Below are positions 61,001 to 64,000 of a stretch of 64,000 bases of DNA, one piece after another (position 1 is the first letter of the stretch; every line of letters begins with the position of its first letter). Position numbers and translations under genes: made by a program. Source of the DNA: Eledone cirrhosa. Lineage: Eukaryota. A model generated the notes under the pieces. It made no database searches and was not told where the DNA came from. It saw nothing but the letters and a program-made list of their open reading frames with translations. Location: the NCBI GenBank assembly GCA_964016885.1, contig OZ024741.1:392770001-392834000 (forward strand). The letters are read 5' to 3'.

Positions 61001-62399
61001 GGGCCGTGTTGAGCCGATGTCAAATGACTAGCCGTTTTGTAGTTTACACGTGACCACCAAAGGTCTAACAGAAAACGGATAAAGTCTGACATGGGTGAAG
61101 TTGCTCTTCTTGCATTAAATGTTAATGGTAAGTGTTGTACCAGTAGCTGTGGACGAAGCTGTTATGGTAGTTTACCAGTGCTGGCAAGAAGATGATGGGT
61201 AGGCGAGAAAATGTTGGCTTCCCAGATGTATTGCCGAATGTGCTAGGGAGCCAGGAAAAAATGGCTGGTTGCTTTGATAAGAAAAAAAAGCAAGTTGAAT
61301 CTGTAAGTGGGTTGCAGTTCCATAATTCGGGCGAATCCACAGAAGTGGTGGAAATGCTGACAAGTCCAGTTCTATTTGTTGTTTTCCCGGTGAATTGGGT
61401 AAGATAACAAGATAGAGGTTGTTATGGACGATGAATGTGCAACGAGATGCGAAACTGTTTGAGTTCAGCTGCAATTAGCATTCTCGTGTTGCGGTGCAGG
61501 TGAATTAAGCTGCAAGTGTCGATAGCATGTTTTGGTACCTCCAGAAGGTGAAAAGGGGTCTCGCAGAATATTACGACGCTTGAAGATCACATACTATAGA
61601 CAACAACATGTTGGTGTGTGTATATATGCAGGCATGTAATACAGCAAAGAAAATGTGTGCGTGCGGTCACATATACAATGATAGAGAGAAATGAATTTTC
61701 ATATAATACAGTTTAAAAAAAATAAATGTCCAAAATAAATGCCTGAAAAAAAAGGAAGAAAGAAAGAATTGTTTCTTTTCTTTTAACAAAAAGTTCGCTT
61801 CTTTTTTCTTTGGGAACCCTCTTACTAGGGAGCTAGTAGAGTTGTTGTTGTGGTTGTTAAAGCAAAGTCACAATGAATCTTCTGTAGAGTAGAAGTCGAG
61901 CGTTGGAGAACCTAGAGTCACCAACATGGCAGCCACGTCTGACGCCATAATGGTGAGAAAACTAATGTCTGAATTTCTCGAGTCCTTGTGGTAACGAGAC
62001 AGAAGGTATGGTGGTTGCGTCGGTAAAGTTACAAGCCGTTCCCTGGTGTTGGTTAATAGTTAGCCATGTGTTGCTGCTGCTGGATGGTACTTTGTGGTAG
62101 CCGTTTTGAAATTTCCTCGTGGCGAAGTTTTTGAAATACTGCTAATTTTTTTTTTTTATATTCTAAAGAAAATTTGAATAATAAAAAAAATTATTTTCTA
62201 TGAAAATTATTTGGTAATAAAATCCCAAGATGGCCGATTGAAAAATGCGTCAGTGATGAAGAAGCCGTCATGTGGCACGATGCAGCCAATCAGACGGCTG
62301 GGATTGGAGAAGACAAGCTGTACGCGGGAAAACAAAATTTTTGAGTCTCCATTTGTAATTTCAACAGAACGCCGAAAGCAAAATTCCACATCCAGAGAA

Positions 62400-62437
<38 letters not shown>

Positions 62438-63985
62438 CAAACTATGCTTGCAAGGCAAGTTGTTCTTAGTTGGTGGTCACCGTACTCATTTTATCAACTA
62501 ATTGAAATATACCAAACCACCTCAACCGGATAGAAGACATCGTGTAATTTTCAATCCAAAAGGGAAATTTTTTGTTAGTCGTCGAAAAAACTCTTTTTTT
62601 TGTGTTGTATTTTTGTGTTCGTCTGTATGCGTGAGTCACTTGTGTTACCATGAAAGTTATGGCAGAAACATTGTGCAGGCCGCGTGCTTCAACAAATGGA
62701 ATATTATGAATTTTATGGACTTACGCTAAGTGAGTCTAGCTACCCGATTCGAACATTCCAAATGTTAAGCCACTCCACATAACCATTAAAACGAATGGCG
62801 AATTCAAATAGGCTGCGTTTTCATACTTAATCGTCGATGGTCACCAATTTAGCAGAGAGTTATGTTTAGAGCGTTGTAATGTTGCCACGAGGAACCAGGT
62901 TTGGTAGAAAGATATGATAGGAATATCGACAACGACTTTAGCTTGTTTTTACAAAGGTTATTTATTAACAAAGGTTAAGAAGTGAATTAAGTTGGCATGC
63001 CAAGAATAATGAAATAATCCAATTAAGATTACAAGAGAAAATACGGTCGACTGGCTGAGGCGTTTGGCCAGGTCCGTAGTAAAATTGTTGTGTCGTTACA
63101 TATTGTTTGTGCTTACGGAGCAAAAGAACAAGTGGTATTTACCTTAGCATGGTCAAGCTGCAAGTCAGTGATTTCTCAAATCTTCGCGGGCTATTTCTCC
63201 CTCAGAACACGTAGGGATACATCCTCTTCTCCTGGCGCTGATTGGCTGAGCTGAGCCAAATCACGCACAGAGAATGTATGTGAGCCCGCGGAATCTAGGT
63301 CACTACAGGTTAATTAGCCGAATAGAAGGGTTGTTAGCGAAATTGGGTTTGTGATCCTTCAGGGTAAAATGGGGAGAAATAGGGTTCAGAGGTTCGGTCT
63401 GGTCCTGGATGTTGAGTTCTGAAGTGATTTTAAACCCAGCATCGTTGATGTCATTAATGACTGTATATTGTATATATATATGTATATATGTATATATATA
63501 TGTATATACGTGTGTGTGTGCGTGTGAGTGTGTGTGTGAGAGTGGGTGTGTGTGGATGTAGGGGCATGCGTGTATGTGTGTGTGTATGTACGTGTATTAT
63601 ATTTGTTTATTTGTGTGTGTAGATTTATATTAGATATTTTATATATGTGGGTGTTTATCTATATATATGTATGCGTGTACGTATGTATGTATATGTATAT
63701 ATGTATATATATATAGATTATCGTTGTGTATGTGTATGAGTTGCTGTATGTTTGTATATGCGGGTGAGTGTATATATATATATATGTATACGTATATGTA
63801 CGTTGGTATTTAAAAACAAATGTTTATACACACATATATGTATGTATGTATATGTGTATATATATGGGTATGTATGAGTGTGTATGTGTGTTTGCATGTA
63901 TGTATGGTGTGTATATGTGTACATAGGGTTTTGGTAAATATACGTTTGGTGAACATATATGTATTTACCTGTAGATGTGTGTGTG
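58070..63985 (-). mobile_element. Penelope-like element (Naiad-type); coding remnants 58797-60345 and 63308-63460; low-complexity inverted repeats ~58070-58400 and ~63510-63985
   Basis: TLKDHKPNF...RLIN|PTKS split by the LTR insertion; FDVTMGASD, GGLYHDD, CNCRNQVDC, IVY...YIG, CDLC. Confidence 0.88.
60346..63307 (-). mobile_element. Non-autonomous LTR retrotransposon: 460-bp LTRs (60346-60805, 62848-63307), GGTT TSD, tRNA-Trp-like PBS
   Basis: LTRs differ at about 6 positions. PBS TGGTGACCATCGACG, PPT-like GGAGGTGA. Removing it restores the Penelope reading frame. Confidence 0.93.
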
Positions 63986-64000
63986 TGTGTGTGTGTGTGT

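Overview
AT-rich, repeat-dominated eukaryotic DNA. The SINE/LINE repertoire and microsatellite load suggest an octopus or other coleoid cephalopod (inference). The only host coding sequence I can support is the first coding exon of a ryanodine receptor on the minus strand (31083-31142, MADSAEPGGGEQDDISFLRT followed by a GTAAGA donor), which the ORF track misses. Bases 1-31082 would then be part of a >31 kb intron 1, and the right half is upstream or intergenic. The rest is transposon debris: a Tc1 IR/DR transposon, several Penelope-like elements (Naiad-type and one other), CR1, RTE and CRE LINE fragments, Helitron pieces, tRNA-derived SINEs, a solo LTR, a young non-coding LTR element nested in a Penelope element, (TA)n arrays up to 5.7 kb and a 200-N gap. 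The main hidden signal is roughly 20 intact or degenerate minimal type I hammerhead ribozyme motifs. They are carried by Penelope terminal repeats and by non-coding retrozyme-like units (466 and 593 nt periods) that sit in (TA)n tracts and repeatedly form fold-back palindromes. Three unrelated families use a compensated U3-A8 catalytic core, and one palindrome is fused to a U6 snRNA 3' end. All structures and alignments were made by eye; none was computed.
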